DNA from: Thecamonas trahens ATCC 50062
Taxonomy: Eukaryota; Protista; Apusomonadida
NCBI RefSeq assembly: GCF_000142905.1
Contig: NW_013657674.1
Coordinates: 156,709-220,708 of the forward strand
DNA: 64,000 nucleotides
Reading direction: 5' to 3'
The translations under genes were made by a program, and so were the position numbers. Positions within the stretch are counted from its first letter, which is position 1. Each line of letters opens with the position of its first letter. The notes below the pieces were generated by a model, which saw only the letters and a list, made by a program, of their open reading frames with translations, made no database searches and was not told the origin of the DNA. Positions 22,739-33,943 of this stretch are shown piece by piece.

Positions 22739-23474
22739 ATGCCAACCCTCAACCATATCTGCTCCTGCCTCATGCTTACCCTCTCCTTTGTGGCCATCAT
22801 TGTACGCCCCGCCCACCCCAGCCCCCCGTCCCCGTGCATGCACCTGGCGCACTGGTTTATCTCACCCCCCACCCCCCCACCCCACCCCCCCACCCCCCCA
22901 CCCCCCCCACCCCCCCACCCCCCCCCACCCCACCCACCCACCCACACTCTCTCTGCTACAGATCGCACTGGCCACCGTGGACTACGGCCGCAAGTGGGTG
23001 GACCAGGCACCGCTACCGGGGCAAAAGCTGAGGGTCAGAGTAGGCGTTGTCCAGTTCTGTACTGTGGTGGAGGGCTCCAAGGAAGAGTGCCACAACCTCA
23101 AGAACGACGACGGGAGCAAGAAGCTGTACCAGGGCGGCAGGCTCGTCCTCGGCTTTGGCCTCTTGGCTCTCTTCTCCGTCATCGGCGGCATGGTCATGGT
23201 CATTCTCCTGGCTGTCGGCTGCGAGTCGGCATGCCTCTCCGACCAAGCCCGCGCACGCAAGATCGCCATGGGCATCTGCCTCGCCGCCTGCTTCTTCATC
23301 TCGCTGGCATGGGTCCTCTACGCCGCCATTGTCTTCCCTTCGGACGACTGGAAGAAGGCCTCCGCCGGCAATGGCCGCCAGTTTGAGTTTGACATCTCCT
23401 GGTCGTGGATCGGCTTGATCCCAGTCACCCTCATGACCGCAAACGCCGGCCTCCTCATCAACCGCGAGGACTAG
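22739..23474 (+). CDS. Claudin/PMP22-superfamily four-TM protein, 2 exons: 22739-22801 and 22962-23474
   Basis: Intron GTACGC..CAG; TM1 followed by W...VGVVQFC...EC (a W-GLW-C-C-like loop), then 3 more TM helices. Confidence 0.65.
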
Positions 23475-23522
23475 CCTCTCTCGCTGCAAAGTACACACAT
23501 TGTCTCTCACTTGCTCTCTTGC

Positions 23523-25601
23523 TCACAGATTGACCACCGGTAGCGCCAGCGACGCCCCGCGGTGGTACACCCGCTGCTGCTGCACCACCATTCGCTCCGC
23601 GCTCACAAGCGGGTCGTCGTACCCGAGATTGCGCATCAGCCGCGGATGCGCGCCCGAGCACACCTGCAGCCGGATCCGGTGTCCACGACAAAATGTGTAC
23701 CCGACAGCCCCAAGCCGCTTGCCGGAAATCGCGAAATGGTTGAGCCCGCTCGCGCCATCGGCCTCTCCCTCGCTCTCCACACTTAACCGGATGTTCGACT
23801 CGGAGACGTTGTACGAGACGCCGTCGGCGTCGACGTCGCAGAGCCGAAATACAAAATCGGTCGAGCCTGGCGCGTTGCTCGCCACCCGCATCGACAGCTC
23901 TGGGTAGCCCACCACCGAGATGTCTTCGCCGAGGGGGACAGAGGTAAAAACAAGAACGTCGTCGCGGGCCTCGACTCCGTTCTGTGCCACACGTCCAGCG
24001 TTAAGGTTGTGGAACGATGGCCCGCCAACCGCCGGCGTCGGGTTCGCCGGATCGTACACGTACTCTGAATGCGGGTCGTCGCCGCCGATGCCGTCAGCCG
24101 CGGGGCCGGCCGTGAGCACTCCGTGGCCAGAGAGGTAGAGCGGGACTCGCTGCGAAGGCGGCGGCCACGAAGCGTATCGCACCCACCGTTCCGAGCCCTG
24201 GACGTACAGCCGGACAGGGAAGGCGAGCGTCATCACCGAGCCGCGATCAGCCTCGGCCTCCGACCTGAGCACCGAGTCGTCAAGCTGCGCCCCATCTAGC
24301 TCGTCGGGTGCGTGCGTCAGGTGCTGAGTAAACCACGCCAGCGCGTCGCGCATGAGCATCGGACGATAGTCAAAGACTGACCAGTGCGCAAACGGGCCGA
24401 TGGTGAGCGCTGTCGTCGCGCCGGCCGCACTTGCGGCTTCGTAGTCTTTCAGCTGCTCCTCAAGGAAAAAGTCGTGCCAGCCACCCACAAGATGGACCGG
24501 CGGGATCGCAACCGATCCCAGGTCGGCCAGCTCGTTCTTGTCGGCCCAGAACTCGGCGTCGTGCTCGAGCGAAGGGTGCGAGAGCCCGTCACGGATAAAG
24601 TCGATGCGCTCGCCGGGCGGGCCGACAAGCGTGTCGACCGTGGCCAGCGGCAGATGACTAAGCGCATCGATGTACCGCTGCTCCGGCGAGACAAAGCCGT
24701 TCCACGCCATTCGCCACGCCGGCCCTGCCGCGAGCCCCATCACTAGATACGACCATCGGAGGACAAGCTCGAGCGCCGGCGCACCGCCCGGAAACAGGAT
24801 CGGATGCAAGTGGGTGGCGCAAAGCGCAGGCACAACCGCCTTGAGCACGCCTCGCTTGGCGCCGACCGCCGCCCACGCATTCATGCCCATGTACGAGATG
24901 CCGTACATGCCGACCGCACCCGAACACCAATCCTGGGCTGCGATCCAGTCGAGGGTCGCGCCCGAGTCGGCCCGCTCGTGCGCAATGGGGAAAAAGTCAC
25001 CACCAGAGTCGGCCCGCCCGCGCGAGTCCTGCGTCACCACTGCAAACCCGCGCTCAGCGAGCATGTACGCCGAGCCGACGAGGTTGCGCCGATCGTACGG
25101 CGTACGGATGAGGACAACTGGGAACTTGCCGCGACGCATCGCTGCCTCGGCCGTGTCCGGATGCGGAAAGACTGCCGCCACCCGCGCCCGCACCGCATCG
25201 TCCTCGACGTCCGGAAGAAAGAGCGAGGCCGAGCTCGGGACGCCGTCGCCGAGCGGAATGACCACGGATGGGGTGGGGCGAACCCCGCAGAGCGGGTCGT
25301 GCAGCCGGTACATCCGCCCGACACACATCCGCGCCACCTTCTTTAGCACGCCCACCCGCCGGAAGCTCGCCTTGTAGCCAAGCTTGGCCAAGTGAAAGGC
25401 AGCGAACCAGGCGAGGCTCAGCAGCCATCGCGCACGGTACGTCGAAGGTACCGCCAGTGACCTCGCCACGCCCCACGTCCACTTCCAACCCTTGACCGCC
25501 ACCGCCAGCCACGCCAGCGGCAGCAGCGCAAACACCACGCCCACTCCCCACGGCAGCACCACAGTCCATGCAACAACTCGCTCCAGCATTGTCGGCGTCA
25601 T
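23523..25601 (-). CDS. CocE/NonD family serine hydrolase (peptidase S15-like) with N-terminal membrane segments
   Basis: PVVLIRTPY, QDSRGRADSGG, nucleophile YGISYMG, GGWHDFF, GPFAHW, PepX C-terminal YVYDPANPTP...RIRLQV. Confidence 0.88.
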   Translation of the reverse strand: MTPTMLERVVAWTVVLPWGVGVVFALLPLAWLAVAVKGWKWTWGVARSLAVPSTYRARWLLSLAWFAAFHLAKLGYKASFRRVGVLKKVARMCVGRMYRLHDPLCGVRPTPSVVIPLGDGVPSSASLFLPDVEDDAVRARVAAVFPHPDTAEAAMRRGKFPVVLIRTPYDRRNLVGSAYMLAERGFAVVTQDSRGRADSGGDFFPIAHERADSGATLDWIAAQDWCSGAVGMYGISYMGMNAWAAVGAKRGVLKAVVPALCATHLHPILFPGGAPALELVLRWSYLVMGLAAGPAWRMAWNGFVSPEQRYIDALSHLPLATVDTLVGPPGERIDFIRDGLSHPSLEHDAEFWADKNELADLGSVAIPPVHLVGGWHDFFLEEQLKDYEAASAAGATTALTIGPFAHWSVFDYRPMLMRDALAWFTQHLTHAPDELDGAQLDDSVLRSEAEADRGSVMTLAFPVRLYVQGSERWVRYASWPPPSQRVPLYLSGHGVLTAGPAADGIGGDDPHSEYVYDPANPTPAVGGPSFHNLNAGRVAQNGVEARDDVLVFTSVPLGEDISVVGYPELSMRVASNAPGSTDFVFRLCDVDADGVSYNVSESNIRLSVESEGEADGASGLNHFAISGKRLGAVGYTFCRGHRIRLQVCSGAHPRLMRNLGYDDPLVSAERMVVQQQRVYHRGASLALPVVNL

Positions 25602-25769
25602 AACGCCACTGCCTCTTGCTCGCCACCGAGTCAGGTGCCCCGACACCCTGCCGCGCTTGACACGTGGCCGCCACTCACCCGCTGGTGGCCCGCGCAGCCA
25701 GCGCCACCAGCGGCAGTCTTTTACGAAACTCTTTGGCGGCCGGGAGCCGGTTGGATCAAGCTCTCCGCA

Positions 25770-28028
25770 TCAATCTTTGCTCGCTCGAGTCCGGGCAGAC
25801 TCGCGGCTCCGGGGCAGGTTGCGGGTCACCGGCAGCGCCACGTCGCAGCAGGCTGGCGCGTGGGGCGGGTGCTCTGGCTCGGGGAGCCGCGCCACCAGCG
25901 CCTTCAGTGCCTGCGGCAGCGGCATGTCGGGGAAGACCCGGAGCGCGACCTCGATGAGCGCTTCGCAAAGGCCACCAAACGATATCCGGTGCGTTCCGGA
26001 TCCCTCTTCCATGTTGATCTGCATGAAGAGCAGGTCGGCGTCCATCGAGGTGAACCGCCGCGAGAGCACGTCTGCCGACCGAAGCAGCTTCTTGAAGTTC
26101 TGCGAGCCCATCGGATATCGGTCGGCTAGGAACCGCTTCCAGCAGCACGACCGGAAGGCGTGCGCGAGCTTGGCGCTGCCAAACACAGACGAGTGCGAGT
26201 ACTCGGCAACTTCGGCAGGCGTCGGCGGGCAGACCCGCTCCCAGTTGCCGACGTGGCCGTCCTCGTACATGCGCTTGACCCGTGCCCGATACTGCGCCCG
26301 CCGCAGCGCCGTCGCCGACGAGCTACTCCCGGCAATGGCCTCGCGCGCCGCCGCGAGCGAGGCCGACCGCGACGGCGGGCCAATGTTGAGCAGCTTGAAC
26401 GCGTCCTCAAGCATCGGCAGCTTCACGTCCCAATCGACATCCATCGAACACTGCAGCGATGGCGAGTGATTCACCTCAAGAAGCCATGGATTGAGCTCGT
26501 CGTCGACCATGATGTCAAAGCCAAGAACGTGAAAGCAGTGCGAGCCGTCTGCCTCGGGCGCGACCACCGCCCGGTACTGGGTCTTGAGAGGTGTGTGGAG
26601 CGCATGGAGCGTCTTGCCCACAATGGCCTTGATCTGCCACCACAGCAAGTCGACATCGTGCCCGAGATCCTCGAGCTCGTCAAAAAGCGTTGTCATTAGC
26701 CGCTTGGTGGCTCCGGGGCTGCTCCCGCGCTCCGACTCGGACTCGTCGCCGTCCTCGTCCTCGCCAAACTCGTCAGCGCCAGTCTCCTCGTCCACAAACC
26801 GCGCCGAGTGGCGGTTGACTGAAAAGTTGGTGAGATGCATAAAGGCCTTGCTGGCGTTGCTGGCGCTCGGCGCCTCGTAGGGCGTGGTGGCAAACCGGGC
26901 GAGGCCCTCCCGATAGAGAAAGACCGAGAGCGGGTCAACGCTTGTCACTAAGACGTAGATCCGGAGGTCCCACTTGAGCCCGCAGAGCAGCAGCGGATTG
27001 TCGATGTACTCTTGCGCCACCATGTCGCCAATGTCGGTCGGCAGCTCGCCCGGCGTCGTTGCCAGGAAAATACCGCGCCCGCAAGACCCCCCCGACGGCT
27101 TGCAGATCATTGCCTCGCCGTACGTGTCCATGTACTCGATGCATTCATCACGCTCGTCGGGCAGCGACCAAGAACGCGGATAAAAGTCGTACGCCTCCGG
27201 CTCGGCAAGCTTGGCCCGGTGCATATACGCCGAGAACTGACCCTTGCGCGTCAGTGCCGCCAGGCCCGGCAGCCGGTTCATCTTCTGGTGCTCCGCCAGC
27301 CGCGCCAGCCGCTCTGTCGTCCCGGCTCGGTCCAGCCAGATCACACCGCAGTTTGGATCGCTCTTGGAAGTGAGCTCAACGTCGAGCCCGCGCATTGCCT
27401 CGGCAACCACTGCCCGCCGCCGCCGTTCAAACGCAAACGATGCCGCCATTGGCGCAGACAAACTCGCGCCCGCGCCTGCCCGCGCCCGCGCCCGTGAACC
27501 TCGCTCGGTCCGCGGCGCCTTGCCTGCTTGCTGCTTCTTGCCCCGCTTGCTGCTTCGATTCTCTGCCGTGCGGCTCCCGCTCTTCCGCGCCTTGCTGGTC
27601 CGGGAAGCGAACGACGACTTGCGCGCCTCGGGACTTGCCCGCGCCCCGCGCGACGTCGCCGGACGGTCGGGAACCACAGTCCATGCACCGCGCGCGCCAG
27701 TCAGTCGCGCGATGGTCAGCGGCGACGACGACTCGGGTTTCCCGCTTACGCGCTGCCAGCTGCTGCTCCCGGCCCGCGCTGGGTACGCCCGCCGCCCGCC
27801 GCCGCTGTCGGGCGAGTCAGCGTATCGGTCTGGCGAGTACGAGGCCAGCCGACGGCCGCCCTGCACCGCCCCCGCCGTTGCCGGACGTGTTCCGCTGCCA
27901 CACTTGCCACGCTTGCCAAGTCTTCCGTCATGGTCTGCCAAGCCACCCGTCCGCGCACTGCTTGCCTGCCCTCCGCCGCGCCGCCGTCCGCCAGGCACCG
28001 CCCACGCCGCCACGCCCGCGCTCGCCAT
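25770..28028 (-). CDS. TTLL11: Tubulin polyglutamylase, TTLL11-like
   Basis: KPSGGSCGRGI, QEYIDNPLL..KWDLRIYVLV, HLTNFSVN, GFDIMVD..PWLLEVNHSPS; C-terminal helical domain as in TTLL11. Confidence 0.8.
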   Translation of the reverse strand: MASAGVAAWAVPGGRRRGGGQASSARTGGLADHDGRLGKRGKCGSGTRPATAGAVQGGRRLASYSPDRYADSPDSGGGRRAYPARAGSSSWQRVSGKPESSSPLTIARLTGARGAWTVVPDRPATSRGARASPEARKSSFASRTSKARKSGSRTAENRSSKRGKKQQAGKAPRTERGSRARARAGAGASLSAPMAASFAFERRRRAVVAEAMRGLDVELTSKSDPNCGVIWLDRAGTTERLARLAEHQKMNRLPGLAALTRKGQFSAYMHRAKLAEPEAYDFYPRSWSLPDERDECIEYMDTYGEAMICKPSGGSCGRGIFLATTPGELPTDIGDMVAQEYIDNPLLLCGLKWDLRIYVLVTSVDPLSVFLYREGLARFATTPYEAPSASNASKAFMHLTNFSVNRHSARFVDEETGADEFGEDEDGDESESERGSSPGATKRLMTTLFDELEDLGHDVDLLWWQIKAIVGKTLHALHTPLKTQYRAVVAPEADGSHCFHVLGFDIMVDDELNPWLLEVNHSPSLQCSMDVDWDVKLPMLEDAFKLLNIGPPSRSASLAAAREAIAGSSSSATALRRAQYRARVKRMYEDGHVGNWERVCPPTPAEVAEYSHSSVFGSAKLAHAFRSCCWKRFLADRYPMGSQNFKKLLRSADVLSRRFTSMDADLLFMQINMEEGSGTHRISFGGLCEALIEVALRVFPDMPLPQALKALVARLPEPEHPPHAPACCDVALPVTRNLPRSRESARTRASKD

Positions 28029-28269
28029 CTGCCTACTTGAAAAGTCAGTTGTAGCAGGACAACGTCTCTTCCTAGCTGTGGTGAGCGGGCAGTGTGGCGT
28101 GTGTGTGCGTGTGTGCGTGGGAGAGAGAGAAGTGCGGGCGAGTGCAACTCATACAGTAGGCCACAAAGGTGGGGGAAGTAGGGGGTGAGTCGGAGGTGGT
28201 GAGTGACACAGTGCACACATTTGGTTCGATCGCTGAGTTGGGCGGTTGTCGGTTGGGCCCCCTTTTCCC

Positions 28270-28300
<31 letters not shown>

Positions 28301-28430
28301 ATGCACACACCTGCCTCCACTCACCCCTCGCCCTTCCACCATTGCACGTGTCGAGTACACACATCTCCATTAGTTGACCTGTTGCCTTCTTTGTTGCCAT
28401 CTCCGACGATTTCTCCGACAACGGTCAACC

Positions 28431-29444
28431 ATGAGCGTCCGCGACATGTACATCTCCCAGTACACGGCCGAGCACTCGGAGGCCAACGCAGAGCCCAACG
28501 TGCCGAATGTGCTCCGCCAGCCAAAAGCTGTGTCGGCGCATAGGGGCACTCCGTCGCAGGTGGCGTGGCCCGAGCGGCATCCGAGCGCAGCGCTGCGGCT
28601 GGCGTCCATCCGCGGCCTCGAGGCCCAGACGTCGTACGGTGACGGCTTCGGCAGCATCACCGGTGGTGACGCCAAGACTGCCGACAAGACTGATGGTGGG
28701 CGTGCTGTGCCAGACAACGTGGTGGTTGTCCCGTCGGGTTACTCAGCGAACAATGCCAACACCATGGCGAGCCATGCGCTTGGCTACGGCGGCGATGGTG
28801 AACGGTGGCAGCAGTCGTCACGCCTGGCAAGCGCGGGCGTCGAGGCGCTCGACTACGGCGCGTCGGCGACGCGGTCCGGCCGGGTGGCACCGGACATTGT
28901 CAAGACTGCCTCGGGCTTTACCATCAACTGCCCGCCGCCGGCGGTGTCTGCCGGCCAGGGCACCACCCAGCCGACAGGCGTCTCGGTCTACACGGCGTCG
29001 TTTGATGGTGAGGCGACCAAGGACGCGATCGCGGACGCCGCCGCTCGCCCGGTCCCGCTAGTCAACTTCGTCGAAGACTCGTCGTTTGCGCGATCGATCA
29101 CAACCCAGCCGCCGTTTGTGCAGGGCGTCGAGTGGGCGTCGACGTCGCGGTCGGCAGATGCGCTCGCCGCTGCCGCCCGCGCGCGCCGCTCCACCACAGA
29201 GCTCGCAGCGCAGGCCGCAGTCGAGAGCCTCCGCGCCCGGCCGACAAGTTCCAAGCAGAGGGCGGCACGGGTCACCGCCCGCCTGCTAGGCGTCCAAACC
29301 CGGATCATGCCGCACTCGCCGGGCGCCTCCCTGGCGACTGCGGGTGAGACCGAGTACGGCGAGCACTACGTCGACGTCAACAGCGAGTTCCCCGCCGCGT
29401 CACCAAACGCCTACGCGGCCGCACACGTCGCAAGCATGGGCTGA
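28431..29444 (+). CDS. Hypothetical low-complexity protein with spaced (S/T)xYxxx(F/Y/H) motifs; possible axonemal microtubule-inner protein
   Basis: SQYTAEH, TSYGDGF, SVYTASF, TEYGEHY; strong codon bias. Confidence 0.6.
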   Translation: MSVRDMYISQYTAEHSEANAEPNVPNVLRQPKAVSAHRGTPSQVAWPERHPSAALRLASIRGLEAQTSYGDGFGSITGGDAKTADKTDGGRAVPDNVVVVPSGYSANNANTMASHALGYGGDGERWQQSSRLASAGVEALDYGASATRSGRVAPDIVKTASGFTINCPPPAVSAGQGTTQPTGVSVYTASFDGEATKDAIADAAARPVPLVNFVEDSSFARSITTQPPFVQGVEWASTSRSADALAAAARARRSTTELAAQAAVESLRARPTSSKQRAARVTARLLGVQTRIMPHSPGASLATAGETEYGEHYVDVNSEFPAASPNAYAAAHVASMG

Positions 29445-29466
29445 ATGAAGGACGTGCACTCGAAGC

Positions 29467-30624
<1,158 letters not shown>

Positions 30625-30672
30625 GGTGTGGAGCAAGAGTCGGGTGGAGTGGCAGCTAGCTGTGATTGGCTT

Positions 30673-31998
30673 TTACAGCGAGCTCGCGGGAAGAATCTGG
30701 TCGCGGACCCACTGCGAGAGGTCAAAGTTGGGGTCACGACCGGTGAGGAACGGGTGGGCAGCGAGCTCGGCGGCGGTGGCGCGGGCGGTTTGATCGCGGA
30801 CGAGGCAGCGGGCGACAAAGTCGCGAAAGGGTCCCGGCGTCGACGACGGCGGCAGCCACGAGTCAAGCGGCGGGTCTGACTCGCACACGAGGTTCATGTG
30901 GTCCAGCAGCTGCTCCGGGTTGGTGGCCGGGTACGGGTACTTGCCAATGGCGCATTCGACAAGGATGATGCCGAGCGACCAGATGTCAGCGGCGTAGTTG
31001 TAGCCGGCAACGGCGCGTAGCGTGTCGATGCGCTCCGGCGACATGTAGGTGAGCGTGCCGACAAATGTGTTGCAGTTGGCGAGCGTCGACTCGACCTCCT
31101 TGGAAACGCCAAAGTCGGTGATCTTGACCGTCCCGTCGGACGAGAGGAGGATGTTCTCGGGCTTGAGGTCGCGGTGGACCAGGTGCCGCTCGGCATGGAG
31201 ATAGTCCAGGCCGTTGACAATCTGGTGGGCGACGGCTGCTAGCAGCTGCATCTTCACCTCGTTCGTCTCGCCAGCCACCGCTGCCCGGTGGCTCAGCAGC
31301 GAGCCGCCGTCCATGTACTCGAGGACAATCTTGATCATGCCCTCGTCCACAAACGTGCCGTACGACGACACAATGTTGATGCACTCGGCGGTGAGGTATG
31401 TTTTGACCTCGGTAACAAGCTTAGCCCGCTTGGCCCGCGTCTCCGGCTCCGTCTCTGACGTCGGATCGAGCCGAATGTGCTTGACCGCCATGACCACGCC
31501 GGTCGGCTCGTGAACCACGCGGGTGACAAAGCCCTGCGCGCCCTCGCCGAGCACGCCGTCGTCCACCAGATCCGCCAGAACAACCTGGACCTTCCCGCCG
31601 CCTTTGCCGGCCTCTCCATCCTTACCGCGCCCGCGCGCCACCGCATCCAGCAGCGATGCCACGGTCGCTTCGGGCGACGTCGCGGACCGCATCGGCTTGG
31701 TCCCAGCCAGCGTGGTCGGCTTGAGCTGCAAATGCCCGCGTGCCCGCCTTGCCTTGAGCCCCATCCGCTTGTGCGCAATCAGCGGCTGTAGCAGCACGTC
31801 GGCACCGCCACTCCCACCACTCCCACCACAGCTGCCTCCCTCTACGCCGCCGCGCCCCGCACCCGATCCGTCTCCAGCCCCTGCGTCGGTGTCGGACCGC
31901 GGCGGCACGACTGGCCGCTGCCCACCGACCCCCAGCCCCGCGCTGTCTCCCGACGACGACGACGAGCCCGAGTCCGACCCGTATCTCTGCGACGCCAT
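30673..31998 (-). CDS. MAP kinase kinase (STE7/MKK family); an upstream exon is possible (acceptor at 32004)
   Basis: GEGAQG, MAVK, HRDLKPENILL, DFG, TFVGTLTYMSPERI, DIWSLG. Confidence 0.9.
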   Translation of the reverse strand: MASQRYGSDSGSSSSSGDSAGLGVGGQRPVVPPRSDTDAGAGDGSGAGRGGVEGGSCGGSGGSGGADVLLQPLIAHKRMGLKARRARGHLQLKPTTLAGTKPMRSATSPEATVASLLDAVARGRGKDGEAGKGGGKVQVVLADLVDDGVLGEGAQGFVTRVVHEPTGVVMAVKHIRLDPTSETEPETRAKRAKLVTEVKTYLTAECINIVSSYGTFVDEGMIKIVLEYMDGGSLLSHRAAVAGETNEVKMQLLAAVAHQIVNGLDYLHAERHLVHRDLKPENILLSSDGTVKITDFGVSKEVESTLANCNTFVGTLTYMSPERIDTLRAVAGYNYAADIWSLGIILVECAIGKYPYPATNPEQLLDHMNLVCESDPPLDSWLPPSSTPGPFRDFVARCLVRDQTARATAAELAAHPFLTGRDPNFDLSQWVRDQILPASSL

Positions 31999-32565
31999 AT
32001 ATCCTATGTAGGTGTGTTGCCTTAGGGTGAGGTGTGTGGGAAGGGGGTTGCGCGAGCGCCCGAGAAGGGGGGTGGGGTAGGGGGAAGGGGGGGGGGGGGT
32101 CGAAGGGGCTTTGCTCAATTGGGCGTCGATGCGACCAGAGACGAAAGAGGGAGCAGCTGGAGGGGGGGGGGATCATCACATCCAAGGGCATGTGAAGGCG
32201 GTATATAACTTGCCGTGCTTGATGACGTGGGTGGTGATGGAGTGGCTATTGCTGCAGCCACAGCAGCGAAGACCATGGCCCTGTTCCTCATACCCCCTCC
32301 CCCCCTCCCCCTCCCCCCCCACCCCCTCCCCTCTGATGAGAGTTCTCGAGAACGACGCACCTGTGACGGGCGGGTGAGGGAAGCGGTCAGCCGGGTTCGG
32401 CGGCGGTGGCCAGCCGCACCAACACACAGCCTCGAACAGACAGCCTCGAGCCGCCAGCGTTGAGCAAAGAGTCCCCTCTTGACTCTCTCTTCCACCACAC
32501 CCAACACATCTCGCCAGAGTGAGGCATAGTCGTGCTGTGCTGCTGCCCTTGCTACCGCCACTACC

Positions 32566-33734
32566 ATGGACGCCTCTGCCCTCGAGCCGGTCACCTTTGC
32601 CTGTAAGGTACGTCGAACGTCGCTCCCTTCCCTCCCCTCCCCCTCCCCTCCTCCCTACATCCATCCCTCCCTACACTCACCTGTCGCGCGGTGTCGTGCA
32701 TTGTGCAGCTGGTCATCTCCAAGTGGTCGCGGGTCGATGCCGAGCTGACAATCGACAAGAACGGGGTGGACATCCGCCAGATCAAGAGCGGCGAGCGATG
32801 GTTCATGCCGTACGAGCTCATCAAGAACTACGCGTCGTGGGTGGTCAAGGGCTTCCTCGGCCTCACAGGCCGGACTCAGTACGAGTCGACCCAGCGGGTG
32901 GTCATGCTCGTCTTCACCAAGGCCAACAAGGACAATGCGCACAAGGCCGAACTCGCCATCTCCATCTTTATCCGCCACAAACTCGAGGATCTCAAGCGCG
33001 AGAACCAGTACGTCGAGTCTCTCGAGGCCGGCACGACCTCGGCGCAGGATCCATCCGAGTTTGGCGCCCAGTTTGAACAGACAGCCGATGACGAGACGTT
33101 CTCGTCGGCCCAGACACCGCCGCCGGCCGGCGCGCCAGCCCGGCCGGCACGCTCAAGCCGTGCCGGCCGCTCGGCCACCGTCGGCGACATGGCTCCTATC
33201 GGCAAGATTGCTCCGCCGCCGTCGTCTGGCCGCCGCCGCGCCTCGACTCGAAACTTTGATCAGGCCAAGGCCATGTTCATCCCGCCGCCGCGCCCGGCCA
33301 CAGGCACAACATCGCCCGAGGCCCAGGCCTCGCTCGAGTCGCAGTTTGCCTCCAACGCCGCCGCCGCTGCCAGCACACCCTCGCTCATCGACATGTTTTC
33401 TGCACCTGCCGCCGCGCCTGCACCTGCCCCTGCACCTGCGCTTGCCACCGCGCAGCCTGTCTCCGATGACGCCTTTTTCGCCGCCTTTGCCTCGTCTCGT
33501 GCCACCTCGGGTACCAGCAGCGGACCGTCCGGCTTTGCTGCCGCGCTTGCCGCTCCACCCGCTTCCATTCCAGCTGCTGCGCCACCTGCCGCAGCTCCAG
33601 CTCCAGCTCCGGGCGTCTTTGACTTTTCGGCGCTCTCGGCTGCCACGCCGGCCATCGCGCCCCCGCAGTCGACCCAGACTCTCAACGCGGCAAGCCAACC
33701 ACGCAAAACATCAACACCGCTTATTCTCCTTTGA
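32566..33734 (+). CDS. Protein with a PH/PTB-like N-terminal domain and a disordered tail carrying acidic-Phe motifs; 2 exons: 32566-32607 and 32709-33734
   Basis: Intron GTACGT..CAG in frame; beta-strands plus a C-terminal helix; tail motifs LIDMF, DDAFF, VFDF. Confidence 0.65.
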
Positions 33735-33943
33735 ACCTCGCAGCTGTTGCACCCACCGTGCCCGCCAAGCCGAATTGATGACGATGGCCGTGTCAAGCGG
33801 CGGGCGGACGAAAAAATCAAACTTTCGCAGACCAGCGCAGCTCCACGCCACTCAACGCTCGCCCAGGCCACCACTCCTCACCACACTGCACTCACCCCCT
33901 CTTCGCTCTTTTTCTCTCTTGCTGTCTATCTCCTGTGCTAGCC

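Noticed and set aside
28381-28410. GTTGCC half-sites as an RFX X-box upstream of putative ciliary genes
   Set aside because: The second half-site is poor, so this cannot be supported from sequence alone
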